This document shows positions 38,901-50,326 of a DNA stretch of 56,336 nt, one piece after another (positions within the stretch are counted from its first letter, which is position 1; every line of letters starts with the position of its first letter). Origin of the DNA: Dirinaria sp. TL-2023a. Taxonomy: Eukaryota. The stretch covers positions 1 to 56,336 of the forward strand of contig JAVEBF010000014.1 of the NCBI GenBank assembly GCA_051941275.1, read 5' to 3'. The notes under the pieces are model-generated. The model had not been told where the DNA came from. It saw only the letters and a list, made by a program, of their open reading frames with translations, and made no database searches. The translations under genes and the position numbers were made by a program.

Positions 38901-41893
38901 CAGCTTTCATCTCTTCACCACTTTGTGGACCGAATGAGGTTGAGGAATGCTTACATTACTTAAAGCTTGTTGCAGAGGTAATTAAATGCTCACCTAGCAA
39001 CTCATGGGCTGCACTAGCGACCACTATGGAAAACTCCAATGTGGAACAAGGCAGCAAAGACACCACAAAAGCTGAATCGAGCAGCATCAGTAGCCACGGC
39101 TTCCCCGTTCATGACCTTCTAGCGCACTTATGCTTGAATATACTTGGAAAACAATATTCTGAGACACCTAGCAACAGTAAACACAATTCAAGGTTAAGAC
39201 AGGTCGCGACCAGCATATTGCAGCAAATGCTTCTTGGACCCTCCCCGGTGTCAGTTCTCCCACCACAAAGTGAGGACATCATCGTCCAGGCGCTGAACCA
39301 ATCCATTGAACTTTCTGATAACCTATTGCAAATTGCTCTCATGGATCTTATAACATCATATCTACGAGCGCGTCATACTAATACTGATCCTGTGCCTGTA
39401 TCATCGCACGAAAGGCTTAAGTCAAGCGATACGCTCAAACCTCTGCCCCGCCTTTCTTTTACCGCAGAGGCAAGCGATAGAGAAAGTTCAGCAGCATATG
39501 TACCACCACTACCGCCGCCAACACTGTTTGATTGTTTGCTTTCGGGCCTTAGCTCGCCAAAGGCTTACCCTGTGCTTGATCATTGGGTGCAATTTCTTGA
39601 TAGGTGTCTACCTTTCTACTCCAGCACTATATTTCAAATTCTCATGCCACTTATTGATGGCTTGAGCCGGGCCATAAGATCTGTTTTCTTGGTTATACAG
39701 GCTTCATTGAACCCCTCTCCTCGTGCTTCCATTTTGCAAGAACCTCTGGCCTCTCTCATTTCCTTGCTCAACGGTCTGGAACGCGTGCTTGCTGGAGCTC
39801 ACGAACGGCTTGTGCGAAGTGAAACCGGCATTACGTTGATCAAGACGCCAGAGCAGAGTCAAGGCTTTTTTGGGAACATGGTTTCAGGAGTTTTCCCGGT
39901 CGAGACTAGCAAAACCCGAAGCACCTCTGGAAACAACCGTTTAACAGTCCTTTTGTGTATCAAAGACGCGGTGCGTGTTTGTCTTGAAATATGGACATGG
40001 GGCGGATTTGAAATGAGCACGTCCTTCAAAGACTCTGGACTTTCAGCGTCGATCAACTACACGTCGATACGTATCAAGAATCGAACCAGGCGGATTCTAG
40101 AACAGCTCTTCGCTGCAGAAACCCTTGAGTGTCTCGAAAGTTTTGTCGAAATATGGCAACAGCCTGAACCTCCAAGCGCTGTCTCTCAGACGAGCACAGT
40201 CCTCGATCTTCTCCATGTACTGGATGGATCAAAGCCAAAAAATACCATCCCTGCTATTTTCAATGCGATGTACAGCCGGACCAATCCTGCCGCGCTCGAC
40301 GCTGCTCGGAAGTCAAGTCTGACATCTGACCTGTCCGACATCACCTTGGCGGCCTTCCTTGTCGCATACGTGCGGTCACTGGAGGATGATACCATGGACG
40401 AGATCTGGAGTGATTGCATGACTTTTTTGAGAGATGTCTTGGCGAACCCATTACCACACAGGCAGACTGTACCCCGGTTACTTGAGTTCACTGCCATTTT
40501 GGGACAAAAAGTTGACAACACGAATTTTGGAGAACGCCGTAGGATGCGGCGTGACCTAGGGGTATTGAAATCTGACGTGATGTTTGATCATGCTGACAAA
40601 GTCCAGGACCTTTTTGTACGATTGCTCGCTGCCACTTTCACACTGAAGCCGTTGAATTTCGTTTCGGAGAACTCGCAGCTTCCCCCAAATACTAAAACTA
40701 ATCCTGAAGCCTCCTTGAATGAGAGTGCGCATACACTCAAAGAAGAACATGACGACATTATCGCCATTCTCGCTGCGATAATTCCCAATATCTCCAAAAC
40801 GCTGATAGACAGCGATCGGATAGCTGCAGCGTGCGCAACTATCTCAACGCAGGTCCTCGCCCCCACGTTCCGCTCTAAGGTTTTCCCGAAAAACGTCACT
40901 ACCCGAACACTTGAGCTACTCTACGGACTATCAATGGTACCAGAAGCGTCTAAGAGTTGGCGCAAAGATGTAACTGAAGCTTTCAACGACACAAAATTCT
41001 TCAGTGAAAGCTCTGTGGCTTTGGTAGAGCATGGCTGGTTACCTATTTTACGGCAGTGGGAGTTGATGGACAAGGACAGAGTGCCAGAGATCCTTTCTCG
41101 AATCCCACTGCCGTCATCAGCCGGCATTGTATTTGGTGTTGGAGCATCCTCGGCTCGGTCAGAAGCGGATCGTAAGACACAATTGAATCTCAAGAGACTC
41201 GGTTTACTCCTACTCGCAGCGGCCGAAGACAGTTCTGTTGTCAATCTAAGCGCCTTCCAAGGAAAAATTTCGGAACTTCTGACAGCGACCGCAACTTCTT
41301 CGCCATCGTCCAGTACTCGAGCTGAGGTCTACATGCTTATCCGAGCACTGGTTTTGAAGACAACTCCTATACATTTGGCGTCCTTCTGGCCAATCATCAA
41401 CTCGGAATTATATGATACAATCTCCTCTCTCTTTCTCAAAGAACAGCACGAATCCCACAATAGCTATTGCATTCTACAAGCCTGCAAGCTGCTTGATACA
41501 CTCATAGTTCTTGCTCCGGACGAATTCCAACAGCGTGAGTGGCTGTTCATCACTGATACGATCGATGCTGTTTACCGTCCACCGGGCTGGGAGCCGTTGG
41601 CTCTAATTGACGAACTCGTAGAAGATCTCGACTCAAAAGCCGGACTAGGAAATAGTATCCCCACCCCGACTACTGGCAGCCTGGCACAAAATGGGAAAAG
41701 GCGGCCTTTATTGAACCAAAACACTCTCGGTGATGTTCACACCACGGAAGCAGTCGATCGTGTTCTTCGCCAATTTTTCCGGCAGCTGAGTATCAGTGCA
41801 TTCGAAAGCACGTATAGTATGGAGGTACCAGACTGGAAAGCTTGTTATGGTGAGCTTCTGCATGATTTTTTTGACGATTCTACGATTGCATAA
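35936..41893 (+). CDS. DOP1: Dopey family protein (DopA/Dop1), endosome-Golgi traffic
   Basis: ATG 35936. Dopey_N: KDRNYRRYASAVERALSLFD..EWADYISFLSRLLK, RLAQCLNPSLPSGVHQK, RRDISLNRRLWTWLLG; C-terminal FQQREWLFITDT. About five introns including 40562-40606. Confidence 0.93.
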
Positions 41894-42634
41894 CGCGCAT
41901 CGAACCGGCGTTGTTCTGAGGAGATGATACCCTAAGTCAGAAGGCTTCTGTATCTGTCATGGCATTTTCTCCATGGCACAGCACAAGGTACTAGCATAAT
42001 GGATCGTGAGATTTCTTGCTTTGCTTCGCAATAAGACATACGAGGCTTTCTCCTTTATCTCCCCCTTTGCCCAACCCTTTTACTACTTAGGTTTTCAGCT
42101 GAGTGAAAGCCAGACTATGTTGGCTCGAATAACCTGTGGATGCCAATATCTCGTGGCCGATATCTATTCACATTGACATCCAAGAGCCTCCAATTCAAGC
42201 GAATGAATGGCGTTTGGGATCGGGTGGGAAACTTCTTATCACGGATGGAGGTAACAAGAACTTGAACATGATCTCTCGAGGCAGTACTTGTAGAAGATCT
42301 TGCGAACGGTGTAAACGAAGCTAAAGCGGTATCTTGTCTATCTGTGAATGAGAACGCTTAGGGTTTTCCTAGGGCTTGGACCACAGCAGGGTACTTAAGG
42401 TCGAGGCGGGTAATGTGAAGAATTTGTAGGGGGCCTCCTTTTCACGATAGCTTTTGTCGTTCTGAAATGCGAGACCGCTCCTAGACTCTAATTGGCGTTA
42501 CTTACTACTCATCACCACTCACCACCACTCCTCATCCACTCCTCTTTCCCAAGTCTTCGTCCACTTTGCCCGCAAAGCCGACTCGTACTTCGTATATGTG
42601 CTGCTGAGGCGACGCAGCTTCAAAGCCAGCATTA

Positions 42635-43333
42635 ATGGCATCTCGATTGCTCAACCCCTGCCTTCGGGCGTCACAGCGGCCAGTACTGCCTGCTCTCCGG
42701 CGATGCTTCCAGTCCTCCGTTCCTCGACTCGATCAGCCTGTGCATACAACGGTGGTGAGAAAGCCTGTTGGAGCATTCCGAGCCGCGTAAGTAAGCTATC
42801 AGACGCTGAATGCTATTGGAATTGGAATTCGAGCTATCAATTGTTCCGGTGCGCCAATGCGCTAAACTTCCTCCAGGATGTTTGGCTTTCTTTTTGGGTC
42901 GACACTGGCCGGCGCTGGCACCTACTATTATATTCTCGAAGAATACAGAACCTCCAACGAACTGTTAACGGAAGATATCTATGTACGTATGTGCATTTGA
43001 GTCACCGTCTCCCTGATTTCAGCACGCATTTAGCCCTTTCATCCACCGCGTTCGAGCGATTGGCGCATGTCGCATTAGAAAAGCGTATGGAGCATCAAGG
43101 ATAGAACATAGAGCTGGGGGGTTGGATTACACATAATCACGATTCAGATTCGGGGTTGATCATAGATGATGTATCAGAAGAGTGTTACCGATGAGACGCC
43201 GCGAATTTCTCCTCTTTCGCCCACAGCGCTGATAGAAGCAATCCAGGCTCTACAAGCGGCCGTACAGCGGATCCATTCCTACGTAACATCCCTAGAAGAC
43301 AAGGTGGCTGTTATGGAAAAACGGAACAAGTAA
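42635..43333 (+). CDS. Small (114 aa) predicted mitochondrial single-pass membrane protein with C-terminal coiled coil
   Basis: Exons 42635-42786, 42877-42982, 43247-43333 (345 nt, frame-consistent; donors GTAAGT/GTACGT, branches GCTAAA/GCTGAT). Arg/Leu/Ser-rich presequence, KPVGAFRA, TM segment MFGFLFGSTLAGAGTYYYI, then LEEYRTSNELLTEDIYALQAAVQRI. Confidence 0.85.
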
Positions 43334-43653
43334 CAATGGAAATTGAATGACGTCAGTTACGGCATATTTGGTCAAAGAGGACCCAAAGGGAAGTCCAGCA
43401 AACCTATTTCTATGCATCTCGTCCGATGTGGGTTCCAGGGGGCGTCAAGTCGGTCAGTATCTGAAGCCAAAAAGGACCATATATGTATGATTGCGAAGTC
43501 ATGCTCGTTCTTGAAAGAAGTGTGCTTTCAAAAGGGCATAGCTCTTACTGGAGAACGTAGAATCGAGAGCAACGGAGCTCGCTAAGCAGCGAAATGATAT
43601 GCGCATTCTAGGAATCATCTCTTTGTCCCTTGACGTACTCTCTAGACTGTCCT

Positions 43654-44086
43654 TCATCTCGCCTCGAAAAAACTTTCGCCTTCCTTAGCTTCGGTCTCCG
43701 ACTTCTCCACCTTTACCACGTGAGCAGCTGACGGCCCTTGATTGATATCTTTGAGCAGCTTCTGGATAGATTCCTCATCTCCCTGTGCTTCGCCTTTGAC
43801 CTGAATGGAAGCTTCAATTAACAACATTCCACAGCGATGCTTCAGCGGAAATGCTTACCTCCCCTCCGGCAGTGTTGCTCACGAAGCCCGTCAAACCATA
43901 TCCGGAAGCCTTCTTTTGGGTAAAGGAGCTTCAGGTGGCCTTATTAGTGAAGATGATCCAGTCAAGGGGGCGATGGTTGTACCGGAAATTGACGCCTGGA
44001 AAGAAGTGAGCATGTTGATACCAAAATTACGAAATGCTCGAACCTTGAACTTGGCCGTGTACCGTGAACGCGATACGTTTCGTCAT
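43654..44086 (-). CDS. Acylphosphatase (90 aa)
   Basis: Exons 44086-44044, 43995-43983 (13-nt micro-exon), 43928-43859, 43800-43654. Signature VHGQVQGVNFR (catalytic Arg), GLTGFVSN (catalytic Asn), QGPSAAHV. Confidence 0.92.
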
Positions 44087-44355
44087 AGTGTCGGGTGCGG
44101 ATGCAAACCTGAGCCTCTCACTAAATTGAAAAGATGGCAAGGCTGCGTGACGTAGCCAGGAAACAGTGTATTTGATGTGGACTTTTTGCAAGTCAGGAGC
44201 ACTTGCGGACTTGTTGCGAGGACTCTGTACGAGTATTAGCATCACCATGACGTAGAACCTTAGCGAGCCCGGAGAGCCCAGCGAGCCTAGGACCCGAGGC
44301 CGAGGGACCCTTCAGGGCCTTCACCCTTCGGAGTTTTGGGCAACAGCGCTAGGGC

Positions 44356-44367
44356 CTTATCGATAAG
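44356..44367. promoter_or_regulatory. Palindromic CTTATCGATAAG (double GATAAG) in the divergent acylphosphatase/RQC2 promoter
   Basis: Perfect 12-bp palindrome roughly midway between the two ATGs. Confidence 0.35.
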
Positions 44368-44623
44368 AGCTCAACTAGGTACCTTACCTAGAAGCCGAGG
44401 TTGGATTAAATATGAGCCCTCGGAAGTACAGCTGAATTATTGCTCTCATGATAGAAGACCCAAATGTTCCCATTTCAAGTCTCCCTTCCCTTATTCTTGA
44501 CTCCGTTAAGATATTTCGGTACCTAGGGACCTTATCTTCAAAGCCTTCGTCTGTTCTTCTTCCCCGCCATTGCTAAGCCCTCCTTGAAAGTTGTGGCGTT
44601 CCCTTTATCTAAGGTCGCTCAGA

Positions 44624-47600
44624 ATGAAGCAGCGTTTTTCCTCTTTAGATGTCAAGGTCTGCTTTTCGCATCAGCTCTTTGAGCATTAGTGCTGATCATT
44701 TTGGCGCGTAGGTCATCGCATACGAGCTCGCTAATTCCTTGATCTCGCTGCGGCTGGCAAATGTCTATGATCTCTCTTCCGTAAGCCGAAGTCAGTTGCT
44801 CTTTGTCGATTATCCTCTCATCCTGATGCCGCAGCGTATCTTCCTCTTGAAATTTGCAAAGCCAGACCAGCGCCGACAAGTAGTGGTCGAATCAGGATTC
44901 CGATGTCATCTAACCAATTTCACCCGGGAAACGGCTGCCGCCCCCTCCCTCTTCGTCGGCCGCTTGCGCAAATACCTCAGGAGCAGAAGAGTGACATCGG
45001 TATCTCAGGTCGGTACCGATCGTGTCATCGACTTCCAATTCAGCGACGGACAATACCGACTTTTCCTTGAGTTCTACGCTGGTGGAAACATTGTGCTGAC
45101 GGACCAAGATCTTACCATCCTCGGCTTGCTCCGAGTCGTATCTGAAGGCACCGATCAGGAGGAGCTTCGTGTTGGACTCAAGTATTCACTAAACAGCAGA
45201 CAAAATTATCGTGGAGTTCCCCCAATCACGAAGGAACGCATTAGACGGGCTGTACAGACTGCTGCCGACCAAACGGGTGAGGATGCAACCACCGCAAAGA
45301 GGAAGTCCCACAAAAGATCAGGCAATGTGTTGCGGAAGGCATTGACAAATTCTTTGAGCGAGTTTCCACCAATGCTTATCGATCATGCTTTGCGACTAAA
45401 GAGATTCGATGCGGACACACCACTTGAAGACATTTTGAACGATGATGCGAACCTTGACCGGCTGTTGCGTGTCCTAGAGGGGGCTCAGGAGATTATTAAT
45501 GATATCACAAGCGTTCCAGCAATTAAAGGCTTCATCGTTGCTAAGAAGAAGGCCTCGACATCAACTGGGAGTGATATTGAGCCACCTGCGCATCCAGGTC
45601 TCGTATACGAAGACTTTCATTCTTTCAGGCCCGCGCAGTTCGAAGGAGTTCCGGAAATCGATATATTGGAGATAGAGGGATACAATAAAACAGTGGACGA
45701 GTTTTTTTCTTCCATTGAGTCACAGAAGCTTGAATCTCGACTCACAGAGCGGGAAGAGCATGCTCAGAGGAAACTCGATGCAGCGAGGCAAGATCATGAG
45801 AGGCGCATTGGTGGCTTGAAGCACGAGCAAGAATTGAACGTGAGGAAGGCCCAAGCTATTGAAGCCAATCTGCAAAAGGTTCAAGAAGCCATTGCTGCGG
45901 TGAATGGATTAGTTAGCCAGGGTATGGACTGGGTGGCAATTGCACGTTTAATTGAAATGGAGCAAACGAGACATAATCCCGTAGCGGAGATGATAAAGCT
46001 ACCACTTAAGCTCTACGAAAATACCGTGACGCTATTATTAACCGAAACAAGCTCTGAAGATGATGAAGATTATGATGGAGACGAGACATGCAGCGACGTA
46101 TCCGAATCGCAAGAGGAAGGGATTGCGGACATTAAAACACCGAAGCAGACGAAGGCTAGGGATGAACGACTTGCGGTAGACATCGATCTGGCGTCGTCAC
46201 CTTGGTCCAATGCGCGCCAATATTACGATCAAAAGAGATCCGCGGCTATCAAGCAGCGGAAAACTTTGCAAGCGTCGTCCAAAGCGCTGAGAAGCACGGA
46301 GAAGAAGGTCAACGCAGATCTGCAGAAAGGTCTAAAACAGGAGAAGCAGGTGATGAGACCGGTGCGTACGCAATTATGGTTTGAAAAGTTTCTGTACTTC
46401 ATATCTTCGGAAGGGTACCTGGTTTTAGGTGGTCGGGACGTCCAACAGAACGAAACACTTTATCGAAGATATCTCAGTAGGGGAGATGCTTATGTTCATG
46501 CCGATCTACAAGGGGCGGCGTCGATCATCGTCAAGAACAAACCCAGCATGCTCGATAGCCCCATACCTCCGTACACTCTGTCGCAAGCTGGCTCACTAGC
46601 AGTTGCAACATCGAACGCCTGGGAATCTAAGGCAGTGATGTCAGCGTGGTGGGTTCACCCCAATCAGGTCTCGAAAACCGCGCCTACAGGTGAGTACCTC
46701 CCGACCGGTAGTTTTGCAATTCGTGGGCAAAAGGAGTATCTCCCACCGGCTCAACCATTACTTGGGTTTGGGGTGATATTCCGAGTCTCCGAAGAAAGTA
46801 AGGCACGACATCTCAGACATCGGGTTGTGGAAGAGCCCTTACTAGAGAAGACAAATCCAATCCAGAACCGTAGTGAAGGGGAGCGGGACCAAGAGCATAA
46901 GTGCGCAGGTGCATCAGAAGTAATAGCGGCCCATTCCCAAGCTGCTAACCAATCCAATGTTGACGAACGAGATAATCTTGAACATAATAAGGCCATGAAT
47001 GATGAAGATCAGCGGACATCAAAGGACGCCTCAAGTGGTAGTGAGGAAGAAGACATCAATAGCGAAGACCTAGAGGCAGGGCAAGTGGACCAACAAAACG
47101 AGTACGATCCACCTTCTACATACTATGGATTCAATCCTCTTCAACCCCATCTAAACGGACAGCGAGAGGAAGATGAGTCAAGCGTAGACTCGGATCAAAT
47201 GTCACAAAGCGTAAAAAATAATGGCGATGATGAGCCATCATCTACAGGAGCAGCTGAGTCGAAAGACACCAGAGTACGGTCACGTCAGGAACAGAATCTA
47301 CCGCCTCCAGTCAATGACGAAAGAGCGGCATTGGGAATCCGTCACCTTTCAGCAAAGGAACGGCGGATTCTTAGACAAAACCGACCTGGTGCGGGTGATG
47401 AATCCGGTAGCGACAATTGGCTCACTAGTCGGAATATACAGAATCAAGACTCAACCCATGGTGCCATGCCAAATCGTACAGAAAAGCCCAACACAAAAAC
47501 CTCTGTCAAGACGGGAACTCCCCAAGTTCGCGGGAAACACGGTAAGCGGCACAAGTTGAAAACGAAGTACGCCGACCAAGACGAGGAAGATCGAGTACTT

Positions 47601-48233
47601 GCTCTTCAAATCCTGGGGTCTGCTGCTAGCCAGCAGCTGGCTGCTGAAAACGCCACGGTGAAAGCAATCAAGGAACAGGAATTGGCCACTCAGAAGGACC
47701 GAAGACGGAAGCAGCATGCAGCTGCAGCGGAGAAGGATAAGCAGGCAGAGGAGATGCGAAGAACAAATTTAGAGGAGGGAGTTGAGACGGTCGATGCCAA
47801 CGAATCAGAAAGTTTAGGCGACCTGGAAAACTTCATTGGTACCCCACTGCCGGGAGATGAGATTTTGGATGCACTGGTAGTATGTGGACCCTGGGATGCT
47901 GTAGGTGCTCGATGTCGATGGAGAGCCAAACTAAGCCCCGGAGCGACCAAAAAAGGAAAAGCGGTCCGAGAGATTCTGTCGGTATGGATGGCGGGAATCG
48001 CCGACAACGAGAAAAAGATGAGACTGCCAAAAGCGGGAGAAGAGACAGGGTTAGCGGACGACGCGAAGACGAAGTTCCGAGAAGGGGAGCTTATCAAAGC
48101 CATTCGGGAGCAAGAGGTTATTGGGCTACTCCCCGTTGGCAAATGCCGTGTGATCATGGGAGGTGGAAATTCGAGTAACAGGAGAGGAGGTGCTGGTGCT
48201 GCAAGGGGGAAACGCGGTGAGAAAGGGAAGTAA
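44624..48233 (+). CDS. RQC2: Ribosome quality control subunit Rqc2/Tae2 (NEMF)
   Basis: MKQRFSSLDVK; introns 44657-44711 and 44781-44834. NFACT-N (QVGTDRVIDF), NFACT-R (WFEKFLYFISSEGYLVLGGRD; SKTAPTGEYLPTGSF), NFACT-C (KLSPGATKKGKA). Confidence 0.95.
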
Positions 48234-48298
48234 GAAATAGAGATAGCGTGCAGGACCTTCTGCTGAACACGTCCAAAGTTCGTTAGCTGCACGGATTT

Positions 48299-49732
48299 CT
48301 ATGTTTCGATTCGCAGTTCTGCTGCCTTGCGAAGCCTGTTCATGACTGCTGCAGCGGCGTCGCCTTCACCGTCGTCAATGCTCTCTACGAATATTGCATC
48401 AACATTTTTTTGGTCGAGTTCGCGTAGAGCAAAGAATAGGCCCCGAGCGACGGCTCCCGTATCCTTTCCAAGTTCGACCATCCATACGTGCATTAGCGCA
48501 TCTGGTGAGCTACCTTGAGACGGAACTTGCAAGAGCTTCACAGTCGGCACTGGGGCGATCTCAGCTGTGAACAGGCTGATGTTCGCTGCGTTTGTCTCTT
48601 TTCCAGTTTTTGGCCTATTGGGTGTCATGCCGTTAGAAGGGTAGCTGCTGTGCTCTATAGTCACTTGGGATGCATCGCCCCTGGAGGAGCTCGTTTTCTC
48701 TAGCCCCGCTGCCTGCCACGTCTTGGTGGCCAACACACCAATACTGCCACCGGGACAATAGCTGTTCATTATTCCCGTATCTAGATCGCCCTGGACAAGA
48801 ATGACCTTCGCCTTAGGAGAATAATGTTTGTACTTCATCCCCGGCGCCCGAGGTATTCCATTTTCAGCCCCGTCCTTGTATCCTATCATGACCTTTTCCC
48901 AGCCCGGGCATTGCCTTAACATGTTGATGGAAACACCCCCAGGGCGAAGTATAACTGGCGGATTTGACAGCCCGTCAACAACCGTGCTTTCGACACCAAC
49001 TTCGCAGGGTCCGCCATCGAGAATCAGATCAATCCTTCCCGAAAGATCGTTCAACACATGATTGGCGGTCGTGGGCGAAGGCTTCGTGGATGCATTGGCC
49101 GACGGAGCGGCCAATGGGACGTCGGCCAGGTGAATGAGTATCAAGGCGAGTAAGGAGGAGGGCATTCGGACGGCGAAGGTAGGGAGAGACGCGGTGACTT
49201 GAGGAGCGAGTGGTGACGGACGTGGTAGGGGCAGGAGGATGGTTAGCGGACCGGGCCAAAAGCGGGAGATCAAAGGGTGGTATATGGGAGGTATCGGGTC
49301 TGGACTCCTATCATCTGCTTCGAGATCTTGACAGGATGAAGAAAGAAGCCGTCGCAACTGGGCAAGTGAGCTGACGTGTACGATGAGGGGGTTATCCGAG
49401 GGCCGTTGTTTCGCTGCGTAGATGCTCAGGACCGCCGAGCTGCGTGTAGCATCGGCACCAAGTCCATAGACCGTCTCTGTAGGAAACGCGACAGGCCTAT
49501 TCCCCTGTCGAAGCTGCGACGCTGCTTCGTATAGACGGGCAGCATCCGGGCCCGCTGAGGAGAGCTCAAAAGTCCAAGGTTCTAGATAGGACATGTTGGG
49601 GCTGCTGAAATGTACTCGGCCGGCTTTAGACACATCGATCGGAATGATCTGTGTGCTACGAACACTGCGCGGTCGATGCGCACTTGCATCATGATCTTGA
49701 TTCTGGTTTTTAGCGACCACAGTTGGAGGCAT
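48299..49732 (-). CDS. SUA5: Threonylcarbamoyl-AMP synthase Sua5 (t6A biosynthesis)
   Basis: VAFPTETVYGLGA, AAKQRPSDNPLIVH, FWPGPLT, AAPSANAS, APGMKYKHYSP and Sua5 C-domain (AVMNRLRKAA). Start uncertain: ATG 49732 or upstream in-frame ATG 49828. Confidence 0.95.
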   Translation of the reverse strand: MPPTVVAKNQNQDHDASAHRPRSVRSTQIIPIDVSKAGRVHFSSPNMSYLEPWTFELSSAGPDAARLYEAASQLRQGNRPVAFPTETVYGLGADATRSSAVLSIYAAKQRPSDNPLIVHVSSLAQLRRLLSSSCQDLEADDRSPDPIPPIYHPLISRFWPGPLTILLPLPRPSPLAPQVTASLPTFAVRMPSSLLALILIHLADVPLAAPSANASTKPSPTTANHVLNDLSGRIDLILDGGPCEVGVESTVVDGLSNPPVILRPGGVSINMLRQCPGWEKVMIGYKDGAENGIPRAPGMKYKHYSPKAKVILVQGDLDTGIMNSYCPGGSIGVLATKTWQAAGLEKTSSSRGDASQVTIEHSSYPSNGMTPNRPKTGKETNAANISLFTAEIAPVPTVKLLQVPSQGSSPDALMHVWMVELGKDTGAVARGLFFALRELDQKNVDAIFVESIDDGEGDAAAAVMNRLRKAAELRIET

Positions 49733-50326
49733 GTTATTTTGATGAGCGCAAGTATCTAGTACTCGTAGATAAAGGTAATTCAGGTCATTATTACGGAGAT
49801 AGACGACATAAGTCCTGGCTAGCGTCATGTACGCCAAGACCAGTCGTCCAGGTGACTACAGGTAGACTTTGTAGAGCCTGGGTAGCAAGTTGGAACGCTC
49901 GGGTGATAATATTAGGTGGTCCCCTAGTTGACCCCACCTGTAGCATTGACCGCGCTAGCCAGGACTTATGGCGCAGACCTCCGTACCTTGTTTGCCTAAG
50001 GTTGCATGTGCATTATGTAGAGATTGATCATAAGCAACTCATTTCAGCCACACAAGGCCGACCGAAGGGGCTGCAACTCGGCAATGCATTTACGCCTTTG
50101 AGAAGCGGCAAGCGGAAGCGCCACTCACAAAGCGCCCTGACTACAGTGGAAGATGGAATCCATAGACTCCTGAGCTTGACTGATGCTCCTTTTTCATAGT
50201 AATGGAGTAAATTGTTTCTGAGGAGGTTATGCAGCGAAGGGAGCGCGGTCATACGATTCAAAGGCTACGAGAAAGAGGTAGCTAAAGCTAGGTCCATTAT
50301 TCTATTGCCAATCTGCGCTCTCATTA

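Noticed and set aside
42598..43104. 168-aa ORF from the track
   Set aside because: Wrong frame; the locus is explained by the 3-exon 114-aa gene.
43160..43235. C/D snoRNA-like ATGATG...CTGA in the long intron, with TCTTTCGCCC resembling LSU rRNA antisense
   Set aside because: Imperfect C box, the CTGA is the branch site, and the antisense-like stretch is not adjacent to the D box.
357..48233. HBS1/SKI7 and RQC2 as a ribosome-rescue cluster
   Set aside because: More than 41 kb apart with 12 unrelated genes between them; co-location is compatible with chance.
47690..48292. 200-aa ORF antisense to the RQC2 3' end
   Set aside because: Antisense shadow with no recognisable features.
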